Shown: one piece after another, positions 10,539 to 18,683 of the stretch
Layout of the letters: each line of letters opens with the position of its first letter
Numbering within the stretch: position 1 is the first letter of the stretch
DNA from: Candidatus Parcubacteria bacterium
Lineage (GTDB): Bacteria > Patescibacteriota > Minisyncoccia > Minisyncoccales > JAGMDC01
NCBI GenBank assembly: GCA_023128895.1
Contig: JAGMDC010000002.1
Coordinates: forward strand, 17,368 to 81,367
Length of the DNA stretch: 64,000 bases
Direction of reading: 5' to 3'
Notes under the pieces: model-generated
Databases searched by the model: none
Told to the model about the DNA's origin: nothing
What the model saw: only the letters and a program-made list of their open reading frames with translations
Program-made: the position numbers and the translations under genes

Positions 10539-12134
10539 TTATTTTTTCGGCGTTTTGGTTAAAAATTTTAATATTTTACTAACAAATATTTTGAAGTCTT
10601 TATTTGGATCGGTAATCATTTCTTTAATTAAATTATAAGGAAAGCCATCACTATTTTTGTTATAACTGCCCCAGCTTTCAAGTTCTCCATTTGGAACAAT
10701 AAAAATTCCATATATTTCTAATTCTTTAATTATATTCTCTTTTGTTTTTTTTCCATTGACACCTGATAAATTTTCTAACATTATTTTTAAATCTTTTTCT
10801 CCGCCTAACGCTTTATAAATTTTTGGTAATTTCTGATTTTTTTTCTTACTAGTAATAACATCATTATCAAAAATAAAAACCGCTTTTAATTCTGAATCTA
10901 CAAGGAATTTAGCTACTTCTATCGCTCTGCTAGCACCGCCAACATCAGTAAAAACAATATCTTTTTTAGAAAGTTCTTTTCTAAAAATCTCTCCAACTGT
11001 ATTTTCATAAAAGCATCTATCATTTGGCCCCTCTACAAAAATAGTGCCATCATAAAATAATGATTGAAGATATTTCTGCTGTTTTGTAGCTGGCGTAATT
11101 TTATCATCGCTAACTGAAAATTTTTCAAGTGGAATAATTTTTTTATGATCTTTTACATAAAAAATGTCTACCTCAATTTTATCTTCTCTGTTATCTATTA
11201 GACCAGAAAGAAATGTTGCATCGTGAGTTGAAAGAAACAATTGTTTTTTGTTTTTTTTGACAAGATTTTTTAATTCTTTAGATATATTAATTTTTTGCTT
11301 TGGATGGATAAAAACCTCTGGTTCATCAATAAAGATTATTTTTGAATCTGGATTAAACAAAGAAAAAAACAATTTTGCTCCAGCTCTCATTCCATCGCCA
11401 ACTTTATCAATAGTAAAAACTCCTTTATCTTTTTTAATTTCTTCAGCTTCGTCAAAAGTTTTTACAGATAATTCTTTTATTGATTCGGGTTTCGTTTTAC
11501 TAGCAAGTATCTCAATTATTGCTCCTCGGTGACTTGAAAAAAATAAATGATAACCAAAACATTTGAAAAAAACTTTATCCAAAGATGTTCGAAAATTTTC
11601 ATTTCGCACAATGACATTAATAATATCATTTAAAGGATTCTTGGAGTCAGTCATAAGTCTTTCGCCTTCAAGACCAAGCCGTTGTCTAGTGTCTTCATAT
11701 CCAATAAATATTCTATGGGTAAAATAACGATTAGGTAATTGTATGTCTTCCGCCCCGCTTTTTTTGTTTTCGGACAATAAAACCAACTTTTTATATGCAT
11801 CTTCGGAATATATATCGCTATCGTTATGAGATTGGTATGTTCCGATATTATTTTTATTGTGACTTAAGGTATATTTTTTTATTTCTTCACCACGATCATT
11901 CACTTCAGTATTTTTTTTAATATATCTTAATAAAATAGAGGCCTCATCTGGTTCCAGATTACTATTCTCTAAACCGGTAACCCAATAAGATGTAGATGAA
12001 CTTCCCTGACAAAAAAATTCTCTAATTTCGTTCATTAATGTTGTTTTGCCAACACCATTTGGTCCAACAAAGACGTTAATATCTCCAAATTGAAGCGGTT
12101 TACCATTTTTAAATTTACTTTGAGTTATTTTCAT
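10539..12134 (-). CDS. OLD-family ATP-dependent nuclease (ABC ATPase plus Toprim)
   Basis: 531 aa. Walker A is GPNGVGKTT and Walker B-like is IIFIDEPEVFIHP. C-terminal Toprim with IFVEGPNDRCFY and FIFDNDV (E ... DxD). Confidence 0.7.
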   Translation of the reverse strand: MKITQSKFKNGKPLQFGDINVFVGPNGVGKTTLMNEIREFFCQGSSSTSYWVTGLENSNLEPDEASILLRYIKKNTEVNDRGEEIKKYTLSHNKNNIGTYQSHNDSDIYSEDAYKKLVLLSENKKSGAEDIQLPNRYFTHRIFIGYEDTRQRLGLEGERLMTDSKNPLNDIINVIVRNENFRTSLDKVFFKCFGYHLFFSSHRGAIIEILASKTKPESIKELSVKTFDEAEEIKKDKGVFTIDKVGDGMRAGAKLFFSLFNPDSKIIFIDEPEVFIHPKQKINISKELKNLVKKNKKQLFLSTHDATFLSGLIDNREDKIEVDIFYVKDHKKIIPLEKFSVSDDKITPATKQQKYLQSLFYDGTIFVEGPNDRCFYENTVGEIFRKELSKKDIVFTDVGGASRAIEVAKFLVDSELKAVFIFDNDVITSKKKNQKLPKIYKALGGEKDLKIMLENLSGVNGKKTKENIIKELEIYGIFIVPNGELESWGSYNKNSDGFPYNLIKEMITDPNKDFKIFVSKILKFLTKTPKK

Positions 12135-12285
12135 AATTTTATCTCCAAAAATTCAATTTATTTTCCTTCGCCCACTTTTAAATTGGATTGAGAATTTGAC
12201 TGCTATGGGGGTTGACAAATTATATCAACATGATAATCTCTTAATAAGTAGGCATTATTATTCATAATGTCTATTAAAACAAGCG

Positions 12286-13098
12286 TCACCCGTTGTGGGT
12301 CATGGCTTGTTTTTTCTTTTTAAAAAATTTTTCTGCGATAGATCTTCTGCTGTCAAAAATTGTAGCTCTTATTTTATCTCCTGACAAAACATAATTTCTT
12401 GTTTCAAAACCGAGTTTATTTCTAAAAAATGATTTTTTAATTTTTAATTTCTGATACATAAAATTAAGAAATTTTCTTTTATAGGTATTTTGCTCGCCTA
12501 CCAAGCCATACTGTTTTTTAAGGTCATATAATATTGAACCTAAAATTAAATCTGTTAATTGCAATAAATCAGAAGATTTAGAATCTATTTGACAAACTCC
12601 CGCAACTGCAAATTCTTGATAATGGTCATTAACAATACCCTTGATTGAATCTTCTAAATTCTCACCGTCAGGCGTAAAATAATCATCTGCCAATAAAATA
12701 ATAATCTCGTCAGGGTTTTTACCAATAATCAGCTTTAGTAAAACAATAGTAAAATTTCTGTATACTTTATATAAATTATTTTGATAATGCCCAGTAAAAT
12801 CAAGTTCATCTTTGTTTAAAATAATACAATTAAATTTAACATCTTCTGTTATAAAAATATTGAAAAATTCTCTTGCTACGTCAAACCTAATCTTTCTATT
12901 TAAATCAGCCCATTTTAGTTCCTCGCGATAATTATATTTATCCCTAATTTTTCTTATACGATTATATAATTTTTGCGGTTTTCCACATTTAATTATTCCT
13001 AAAGCAAAAAATTTATCTCTCCCGCTATGAATTAATCCTGTCTCGTCAAGAAAGCAAAAACAAGTTTTTATATTTTTAAAATGTTTATTTATTGGCAT
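12286..13098 (-). CDS. DUF3800 family protein
   Basis: 270 aa. N-terminal CFLDETG signature and distal LLQLTDLILG, as in DUF3800. Confidence 0.6.
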   Translation of the reverse strand: MPINKHFKNIKTCFCFLDETGLIHSGRDKFFALGIIKCGKPQKLYNRIRKIRDKYNYREELKWADLNRKIRFDVAREFFNIFITEDVKFNCIILNKDELDFTGHYQNNLYKVYRNFTIVLLKLIIGKNPDEIIILLADDYFTPDGENLEDSIKGIVNDHYQEFAVAGVCQIDSKSSDLLQLTDLILGSILYDLKKQYGLVGEQNTYKRKFLNFMYQKLKIKKSFFRNKLGFETRNYVLSGDKIRATIFDSRRSIAEKFFKKKKQAMTHNG

Positions 13099-13407
13099 AA
13101 AATTTTATTTTCATATTTTTATTTCATTACTTTTGGTTCCCACTCTATAATTGGCTTTGTCGCATTCCACCGCGCTTCGCCCGACAGTTCTGGTTTATAA
13201 CTTGGATCAATCATCAAACTATAAGCTCCTTTTGGGCAAATCATTACTCGCAACTTGGGCATAAAAGCGGAAAAAATTTTCGCATAATTTTTTAAATATT
13301 TTTTAAATACTGTGCTGATTTTTATTTTTTATTATAAATTCAATCCAGCCTGCTCTCGCTTTTTCGCCGCCACAATTTTTCGCGCCAGCAAAGCTGACGC
13401 GCCACTG

Positions 13408-13812
13408 TTATTGATTTTTTGGAAAAAGATATTCTACGGCAATTCGCAACATCAAATAAATTTGCGCAATGGTAACACTTACTAAAAGTCGGAAACTCCA
13501 TTCTTCTAATTTAAAATTTAGAAATGCTGTAGCCTGCAAAAAAGCAAATGAAAAAATTACGAAAGTTTCTATACCTAAAAATAAGAGTAAAACTTTTAAT
13601 ACTAATTTTTTAAGTTTTATGTCTTGTTCGATATCAACATTTTTTAATTTTTCTCTTTTCGCTAATTCATCTTTTATTTTTACAGGCTTTCGCCCTTCAA
13701 TCTGAAATCCACTAGAAGTTTTAAGTAACTCGTTCAGTGTCGCTTTGGAAAATACCGGAATTTCGCGAATCAATTCGGACCTGTCCTCGAATTGTTTTTT
13801 CTTTTTTTCCAT
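13408..13812 (-). CDS. small two-TM membrane protein
   Basis: 134 aa. Charged N-terminal half and two hydrophobic helices (LVLKVLLLFLGIETFVIFSFAFL; LLVSVTIAQIYLMLRIAV). Starts 4 nt after the peptidase gene stop. Confidence 0.5.
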   Translation of the reverse strand: MEKKKKQFEDRSELIREIPVFSKATLNELLKTSSGFQIEGRKPVKIKDELAKREKLKNVDIEQDIKLKKLVLKVLLLFLGIETFVIFSFAFLQATAFLNFKLEEWSFRLLVSVTIAQIYLMLRIAVEYLFPKNQ

Positions 13813-13816
13813 ATTT

Positions 13817-14344
13817 CTAAGTTACAAGCCCTAATCTGCTTAATCTTATAGACATTGCTTCGACTGAAACATTAAATACTTGCGAGCACCCTTCAATATC
13901 CTTTAATTTTTCCCAAGCCTTTCTAACTAAATCGGCGGGCATAAGAAACGAAGCGGCGAAATTGTTTGCTTCAATTTCCATCTTTGTTGATAAACCCTTA
14001 TCACGCCTATACAACATATTAACTTTATCCAACACATTATCACTATCAACAATCATCTCTTTTTTAATTTCGTCTGAGTGCAAAAAATAATGTCCAAGTT
14101 CATGAGCAATAGTAAAATTTCGTCTAGTTGGAGGTTTTGTTTTATTAACTAAAATTATAAAAATAGATTCTTTGGGGAAAAACACAATAACACCTGAAAC
14201 GGATCCAGGTAATTTCTCAGTCAGCAGAATTTTTAAATCTTTTTTATCCTTTTGAATATTTCCAAAAGGATAGGGAGATAAACCTTCGGGGTTATACTGC
14301 CTTGAAAGTTGTTCCGCGTAATTTTGAATTTTTTCTGTGTCCAT
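13817..14344 (-). CDS. ImmA/IrrE-family zinc metallopeptidase
   Basis: 175 aa. HEXXH motif HELGHYFLH in a COG2856/DUF955-like context. Confidence 0.7.
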   Translation of the reverse strand: MDTEKIQNYAEQLSRQYNPEGLSPYPFGNIQKDKKDLKILLTEKLPGSVSGVIVFFPKESIFIILVNKTKPPTRRNFTIAHELGHYFLHSDEIKKEMIVDSDNVLDKVNMLYRRDKGLSTKMEIEANNFAASFLMPADLVRKAWEKLKDIEGCSQVFNVSVEAMSIRLSRLGLVT

Positions 14345-14454
14345 AATTAAAAAAGTAATTTTTGTTGATTTATAAATGCTAAATTTCGAATATCAATTTT
14401 TTCAAATTTTCTTTATTCTTTATCTTTTATTCTTGATTCATAATTCTATTTCAG

Positions 14455-14597
14455 CAGGGGGCGCCAGGATTCGAAGAGTTGCCACGCAGCACTCGCCGCC
14501 TCGCTTCGCTCGGCGCGGTTCGGGAGGCGGGTTCTCCCCACAGCGCCACAGTTAAAACAAATTTAACGCACCTGTGGCGCGTCAAATTTGTATTTTG
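14455..14597. repeat. GC-rich tRNA-flanking element A with a duplicated tRNA-Trp 3' end
   Basis: 14455-14475 repeats the T-loop-to-3'-end of tRNA-Trp (14598-14617), differing by one extra G. It encloses ~120 nt of GC-rich sequence that starts gagttgcc, contains cctcgcttcgctcggcg and ends in a 9-bp hairpin. Homologous to 63261-63399. Confidence 0.8.
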
Positions 14598-14668
14598 CAG
14601 GGGCGCCAGGATTCGAACCCGGAACAAAAATTTTGGAGATTTCTATGATGCCATTTCACCACGCCCCC
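14598..14668 (-). tRNA. tRNA-Trp (CCA)
   Basis: Manual cloverleaf. Acceptor GGGGGCG/CGCCCCU, anticodon loop CUCCAAA, T-arm CCGGG-UUCGAAU-CCUGG, G73. Confidence 0.85.
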
Positions 14669-14695
14669 TTAATAGTAATTAGTTATCACTAATTT

Positions 14696-15154
14696 TTAAC
14701 TTTGAAACAATTTTTGCAGAACTTCACTAAATCCTGGCAATAATTCCAAATCTTTAACTTTCCCTAAATCTGCCCATTGATAATTTTGCGCTTCCCAGTC
14801 CAAAACTATTTTGTCTGTGTCAACTTCAACTAATACAGGATGAACAATCCATGTTTTCTCATATTTCGGTTCTTCCTGATGAAAAATTTCTCCTAAACGA
14901 ATAGACAAAATATGCTTTTCATCAATGCCTAATTCTTCTTTTATCTCTTGTCTAACTTTCTGCTCAAGACTTTTGTTATCGTCAAGAAATCCTGAAATGC
15001 CATTCCAGTATCCAGGATAAAAATTCAAATCTTTATTTCTCTGAACTATCAAAATTTTATCCTTAAATTTCAGAACACAATTGATTACCGGCGCCCATCG
15101 CGCGCTTGTATAATCAATCTGCCCTGGCTCTGCCTTAAATTTTGGATTTTCCAT
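14696..15154 (-). CDS. NUDIX hydrolase
   Basis: 152 aa. Nudix box GFLDDNKSLEQKVRQEIKEELGI. Confidence 0.8.
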   Translation of the reverse strand: MENPKFKAEPGQIDYTSARWAPVINCVLKFKDKILIVQRNKDLNFYPGYWNGISGFLDDNKSLEQKVRQEIKEELGIDEKHILSIRLGEIFHQEEPKYEKTWIVHPVLVEVDTDKIVLDWEAQNYQWADLGKVKDLELLPGFSEVLQKLFQS

Positions 15155-15198
15155 ATTTATTCTTTAACATTTGGGTTTTGAATTTTGGATTTATCTGA

Positions 15199-15363
15199 TT
15201 ATTTCTTCCCCTCCTTATGTAATGTATGTTTTCTGCACCATTTGCAGAATTTCTTCAATTCTAACTTCTCCTCAATCATTTTCTTTGTCTTGTGAGTAAA
15301 ATAATTTATTCTTTTGCACTCTTTGCACTGCAATTTTATTAATGGTTTCTTTTTTGTTGCCAT
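15199..15363 (-). CDS. rpmG: 50S ribosomal protein L33 (absent from the ORF track, under 60 aa)
   Basis: Hand translation gives MATKKKPLIKLQCKECKRINYFTHKTKKMIEEKLELKKFCKWCRKHTLHKEGKK. CxxC...CxxC zinc ribbon and the KHT-HKE tail are typical of L33. Confidence 0.85.
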   Translation of the reverse strand: MATKKKPLIKLQCKECKRINYFTHKTKKMIEEKLELKKFCKWCRKHTLHKEGKK

Positions 15364-15465
15364 GTTCCCTCGCTTCGCTCGGTCAAATTAAAAATTAAAA
15401 GTTAAAAGTTAAAAATGACAGAGCGAAAATCTTAAATTAAAATTATAAATATTTTTCGCAATGTG

Positions 15466-15540
15466 AGCCTGGAAGCGGAATCGAACCGCTGACCTCATTA
15501 TTACCAATAATGTGCTCTAACCTTCTGAGCTATCCAGGCC
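15466..15540 (-). tRNA. tRNA-Thr (GGU)
   Basis: Cloverleaf GGCCTGG...; anticodon arm CATTA-TTGGTAA-TAATG; T-arm AGCGG-TTCGATT-CCGCT. Confidence 0.85.
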
Positions 15541-16170
15541 TTATTCTAGTTCTACAAAAATTTTTTGATTGTCGCCGTCTAATTCTGTTTTCGTAATTTT
15601 GACACCCTGAATTTCTTTTATATTTTTAACATGTAAACCGCCGCATGGAATTGGAGGATAATCTTTTACCGCACACCAGCGAAAACCTTTTTTCTTTTCG
15701 TCCCAATAGGTTTTAATTTCAGCGCCGAGTTTTATATCAGTATTCGCCTGTTCAATCGCCTGCTGAATTACTTGCTCCTGAATTTCATTTTTGAAAACAA
15801 GATAAGCGTTTTTTGATTTTACTACCCCGGCAATAGCTCGCTGTTGAAACTTTGAATCAAACACCCCTGCGAGCAGATGCAAGGCGGAATGAAGTTTCAT
15901 AGCGTTTAACCTGTATTTCCAATCTAATTTCAATTTTACCTTATCCCCTACTTCAAATGGATTATTTTGGGGTATAATGTGCCAGACATCATCTCCTTGT
16001 TTTTGAGAGCCAGCGATTTTCACATCATCTATTTTTCCAAAATCCCCAGGTTCAGTATTTGTTTGCGGAATAAAAATTGTTTTATCCAACAAAATCTTAT
16101 TCCCTTCAACTTTTATAACTTCCGCGTCAATTTCTGTATTATATTGGTCTTGATAAAAAATTAATTCCAT
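15541..16170 (-). CDS. AlaX-like alanyl/threonyl-tRNA editing domain protein
   Basis: 209 aa. Zinc motifs HSALHLL and CGGLHV of the tRNA_SAD editing domain. Confidence 0.75.
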   Translation of the reverse strand: MELIFYQDQYNTEIDAEVIKVEGNKILLDKTIFIPQTNTEPGDFGKIDDVKIAGSQKQGDDVWHIIPQNNPFEVGDKVKLKLDWKYRLNAMKLHSALHLLAGVFDSKFQQRAIAGVVKSKNAYLVFKNEIQEQVIQQAIEQANTDIKLGAEIKTYWDEKKKGFRWCAVKDYPPIPCGGLHVKNIKEIQGVKITKTELDGDNQKIFVELE

Positions 16171-16225
16171 TATTCATTTTTTATTTTTAATTTTGATTTT
16201 GCGTAACGATATTCAAAATTTTATG

Positions 16226-16308
16226 TGGGTAGGGAGGGATTCGAACCCCCGAAGGCCGAAGCCAACTGGTTTACAGCCAGTTCCCTTTGTCCACTCAGGA
16301 ACCTACCC
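16226..16308 (-). tRNA. tRNA-Tyr (GUA), long variable arm
   Basis: Acceptor GGGTAGG/CCTACCC, anticodon arm ACTGG-CTGTAAA-CCAGT, variable arm TGGCTTCGGCC, T-loop TTCGAAT. Confidence 0.8.
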
Positions 16309-16346
16309 TAATATCTCATAAGACTACTTTATCACAAAAAAATGTT

Positions 16347-17036
16347 TTAATCAATGATTTTTTGGTGTTTTTCGCGCCATTCTTTGATTTTTTTGTGGTC
16401 CCCTGTCAATAAAACCTTTGGCACCCGCCAACTTACTCCTTTTTCAGGCGAAAAAACCTCTGGTCGGGTGTATTGCGGATATTCAATAAATCCCCTGCCG
16501 CCCCTGCCGCGGATTCGCGGAATCCGTTCGTCTAACAATTGCGGTTTGCCTATCACTCCGGGAATTAAGCGGGATATTGTTTCTATTACTGCCATTGTTG
16601 GTATTTCTCCGCCCATTAAATCATAATCGCCTATGGACAATTCTACATCTGCTACTTTGGATATTCTTTGGTCTATACCCTCGTATCTGCCGCAAAGCAA
16701 AATCAATTGGTCTAATTTGGAAAACTGATACGCCATTTTCTGGTCAAACTTCTCCCCGCGAGGCGTGAACAACACAATTTTTGATTTTTTCTTCTTTTTA
16801 GCAGACGATTTTTGCAAAACTTTTATTGCTTTGAACACCGGCTCCACTTTCATTACCATTCCAAATCCGCCGCCGTACGGCTTGTCGTCTAAAACCTTAT
16901 GTTTGCCTTCGCCGTATTTTCTCAAATTATGGACATTAATTGTAATAAGTTCATTTTTCTGGGCGCGCGCCAAAATACTCTCTTTGAAATAAGAGTCAAA
17001 AATATGAGGAAAAATTGTGATAATATCAAACCGCAT
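16347..17036 (-). CDS. trmD: tRNA (guanine37-N1)-methyltransferase
   Basis: MRFDIITIFP... start at M16 of the track ORF; the upstream part begins with TTG. YGGGFGMVMK motif. Confidence 0.9.
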   Translation of the reverse strand: MRFDIITIFPHIFDSYFKESILARAQKNELITINVHNLRKYGEGKHKVLDDKPYGGGFGMVMKVEPVFKAIKVLQKSSAKKKKKSKIVLFTPRGEKFDQKMAYQFSKLDQLILLCGRYEGIDQRISKVADVELSIGDYDLMGGEIPTMAVIETISRLIPGVIGKPQLLDERIPRIRGRGGRGFIEYPQYTRPEVFSPEKGVSWRVPKVLLTGDHKKIKEWREKHQKIID

Positions 17037-17112
17037 AAAATTAAAAACCGCACTATATTTCAATAATAGCACGGCTTTCAATAAACGTAAATTCCTTTAT
17101 TGAGTTCAGAAT

Positions 17113-17454
17113 TTACAGTTTGAGGTCCTCCAAATCTGTCTTAGCGCCTTCAGCGCTAGGCTTTTCTTCTGGTCCTCGAGTTGGTCTTGCTGGACCGCGG
17201 CCACCCTCTGGCTCCTCAATCTTCAAGTTAACCCGAGCGTGATTTTTAAGGCCGATAATCCGTACTAAATTTCTGATAGATCGAGCTGTAGAACCTTCTT
17301 TCCCTATAATCTGGCCCATATCTTCTGAGTGGATTCTAAGAGAAAGAAGAACGCCCATTTCGTCTACTTTCCTGTCAACTTTTACATCATCAGGATGGTC
17401 AACTAATGCTTTTACTACAAACTCAAGAAAATCCTTGTCTGTGTCTTTTGCCAT
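17113..17454 (-). CDS. KH-domain RNA-binding protein (YlqC-like)
   Basis: 113 aa. GxxG loop GKEGSTARSIRNLV. Conserved position between rpsP and trmD. Confidence 0.7.
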   Translation of the reverse strand: MAKDTDKDFLEFVVKALVDHPDDVKVDRKVDEMGVLLSLRIHSEDMGQIIGKEGSTARSIRNLVRIIGLKNHARVNLKIEEPEGGRGPARPTRGPEEKPSAEGAKTDLEDLKL

Positions 17455-17568
17455 AATCTTTTCAATAAATCAAATTTTATTCTTACTAAGTAGCGCGACC
17501 TTTTGATTCACTCTCAACGGAGGAACCCCTGCTACCATATTGGTATTATACTTTATTTACAATTTTTG

Positions 17569-17979
17569 TCAACTTTCCTTCTTTTCTTCTGATGGCTCAT
17601 CTTCTTTCGGTTCTTCTTTTGGTTCTTCTTTTGGTTCTTCTTTTGGTTCTTCTTTTGGTTCTTCTTTTGGTTCTTCTTTTGGTTCTTCTTTTGGTTCTTC
17701 TTCTTTTTTCTTGCTCTTGCCGTGCTTTGGTATTTTTTTGCCCTCTATTACCCCTTCTTTAACTAATAAATTATGAACGGTGTCAGAGGTTTGCGCGCCT
17801 TTGGAAATCCAGTATTTTATTCTTTCATCTTTTAATTTTTTTTCTTTTGTTATTGGATTGTAAAATCCTAAAATTTCCAAAAACCGCCCTGTTTTGGCAG
17901 AATTTCTTTTATCTGTTACTACAACGCGAAAAAACGCTTGATTTTTTTTGCCTGTTCTTAAAAAACGAATAACAATCAT
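17569..17979 (-). CDS. rpsP: 30S ribosomal protein S16 with a (PKEE)n C-terminal tail
   Basis: MIVIRFLRTGKKNQAFFRVVVTDKRNSAKTGRFLEILGFYNP is a canonical S16 core. The tail is about 8 PKEE repeats. Confidence 0.9.
   Translation of the reverse strand: MIVIRFLRTGKKNQAFFRVVVTDKRNSAKTGRFLEILGFYNPITKEKKLKDERIKYWISKGAQTSDTVHNLLVKEGVIEGKKIPKHGKSKKKEEEPKEEPKEEPKEEPKEEPKEEPKEEPKEEPKEDEPSEEKKES
17607..17703. repeat. 12-nt tandem repeat (ggttcttctttt) x ~8 inside rpsP
   Basis: Perfect tandem copies are visible in the sequence. They encode the PKEE repeats. Confidence 0.9.
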
Positions 17980-17981
17980 AA

Positions 17982-18683
17982 TTATTTCCAGCCCTTTGTT
18001 TTAAGGGCGTTTTTTGCCGCGTCTTCTTCAGCTTCCTGCTTGGAAGACCCCTTGCCTTCGGCTATCAATTCTTTGTCAAGAAATACTCCTATAGAAAAAT
18101 GTTTTTGATGATCCGGGCCTGTTTCTTTTATAACCTTATAATTCGGCGTAATGCTCGCTTTTTCCTGGGCTTTTTCCTGAAAACTGGATTTAGCGTCCTT
18201 GTACAGCCCAGCCTCAATAATATGGGGAAGCTTCTTCATTATATATTCTTTTATGAATTTTTGGCAAGTATTGTATCCTTGGTCCAGATAAAGCGCGCCT
18301 ATAAACGCTTCAATGGCGTCAGCCAAAATGAATTGCCGCGCTTTGCCGGTTTCTTTTTTTTCTCCCTGCGACAAAATTAGAAATTCGTTAAACCCGATTT
18401 CTTTCGCAACAAAAGAAAGCATTTTGGCGTTGACAAGAGCCGCGCGCCAGTTCGTTAACTCCCCTTCCGGCTTGTCGGGATATTTTTTATATAAGTCCTC
18501 TGTGACCACGAGTTCTAAAACCGCGTCTCCTAAAAATTCCAATCGCTCGTTATGGCCTAAATAAAAATTCGGGTTCTCGTTCAAATAGGACCTATGGATA
18601 AACGACTGCGTTAATAAATCCCTATTTTCAAATTTTATTTCTAATTTGTCTTCTAATGGAGAAAAATCTTTAATTTTATTCAT
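17982..18683 (-). CDS. rnc: ribonuclease III
   Basis: 233 aa. Signature ERLEFLGDAVL and a C-terminal dsRBD. Confidence 0.9.
   Translation of the reverse strand: MNKIKDFSPLEDKLEIKFENRDLLTQSFIHRSYLNENPNFYLGHNERLEFLGDAVLELVVTEDLYKKYPDKPEGELTNWRAALVNAKMLSFVAKEIGFNEFLILSQGEKKETGKARQFILADAIEAFIGALYLDQGYNTCQKFIKEYIMKKLPHIIEAGLYKDAKSSFQEKAQEKASITPNYKVIKETGPDHQKHFSIGVFLDKELIAEGKGSSKQEAEEDAAKNALKTKGWK

Noticed and set aside
13119-13262. Unlisted 47-aa minus-strand ORF (MPKLRVMICPKGAYSLMIDPSYKPELSGEARWNATKPIIEWEPKVMK) ending 20 nt upstream of the DUF3800 gene.
   Set aside because: No recognisable motif, no conservation evidence, and a short length. It could be real, but I cannot support it from sequence alone.
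14479-14682. 67-aa plus-strand ORF across GC-rich element A and antisense to tRNA-Trp; likewise 63262..63456 at element B.
   Set aside because: The two homologous DNA elements give unrelated peptides in different frames, and both ORFs run antisense through tRNA genes. This is a GC-rich open-frame artefact.
17455-17568. Possible structured leader between rpsP and the KH-protein gene (GTAGC...GCTAC stem enclosing TTCCTCC).
   Set aside because: Only a short 5-bp closing stem is visible, with no further support by eye.
17540-17776. Plus-strand ORF with (SSFG)n.
   Set aside because: It is the antisense reading of the PKEE repeat in rpsP.
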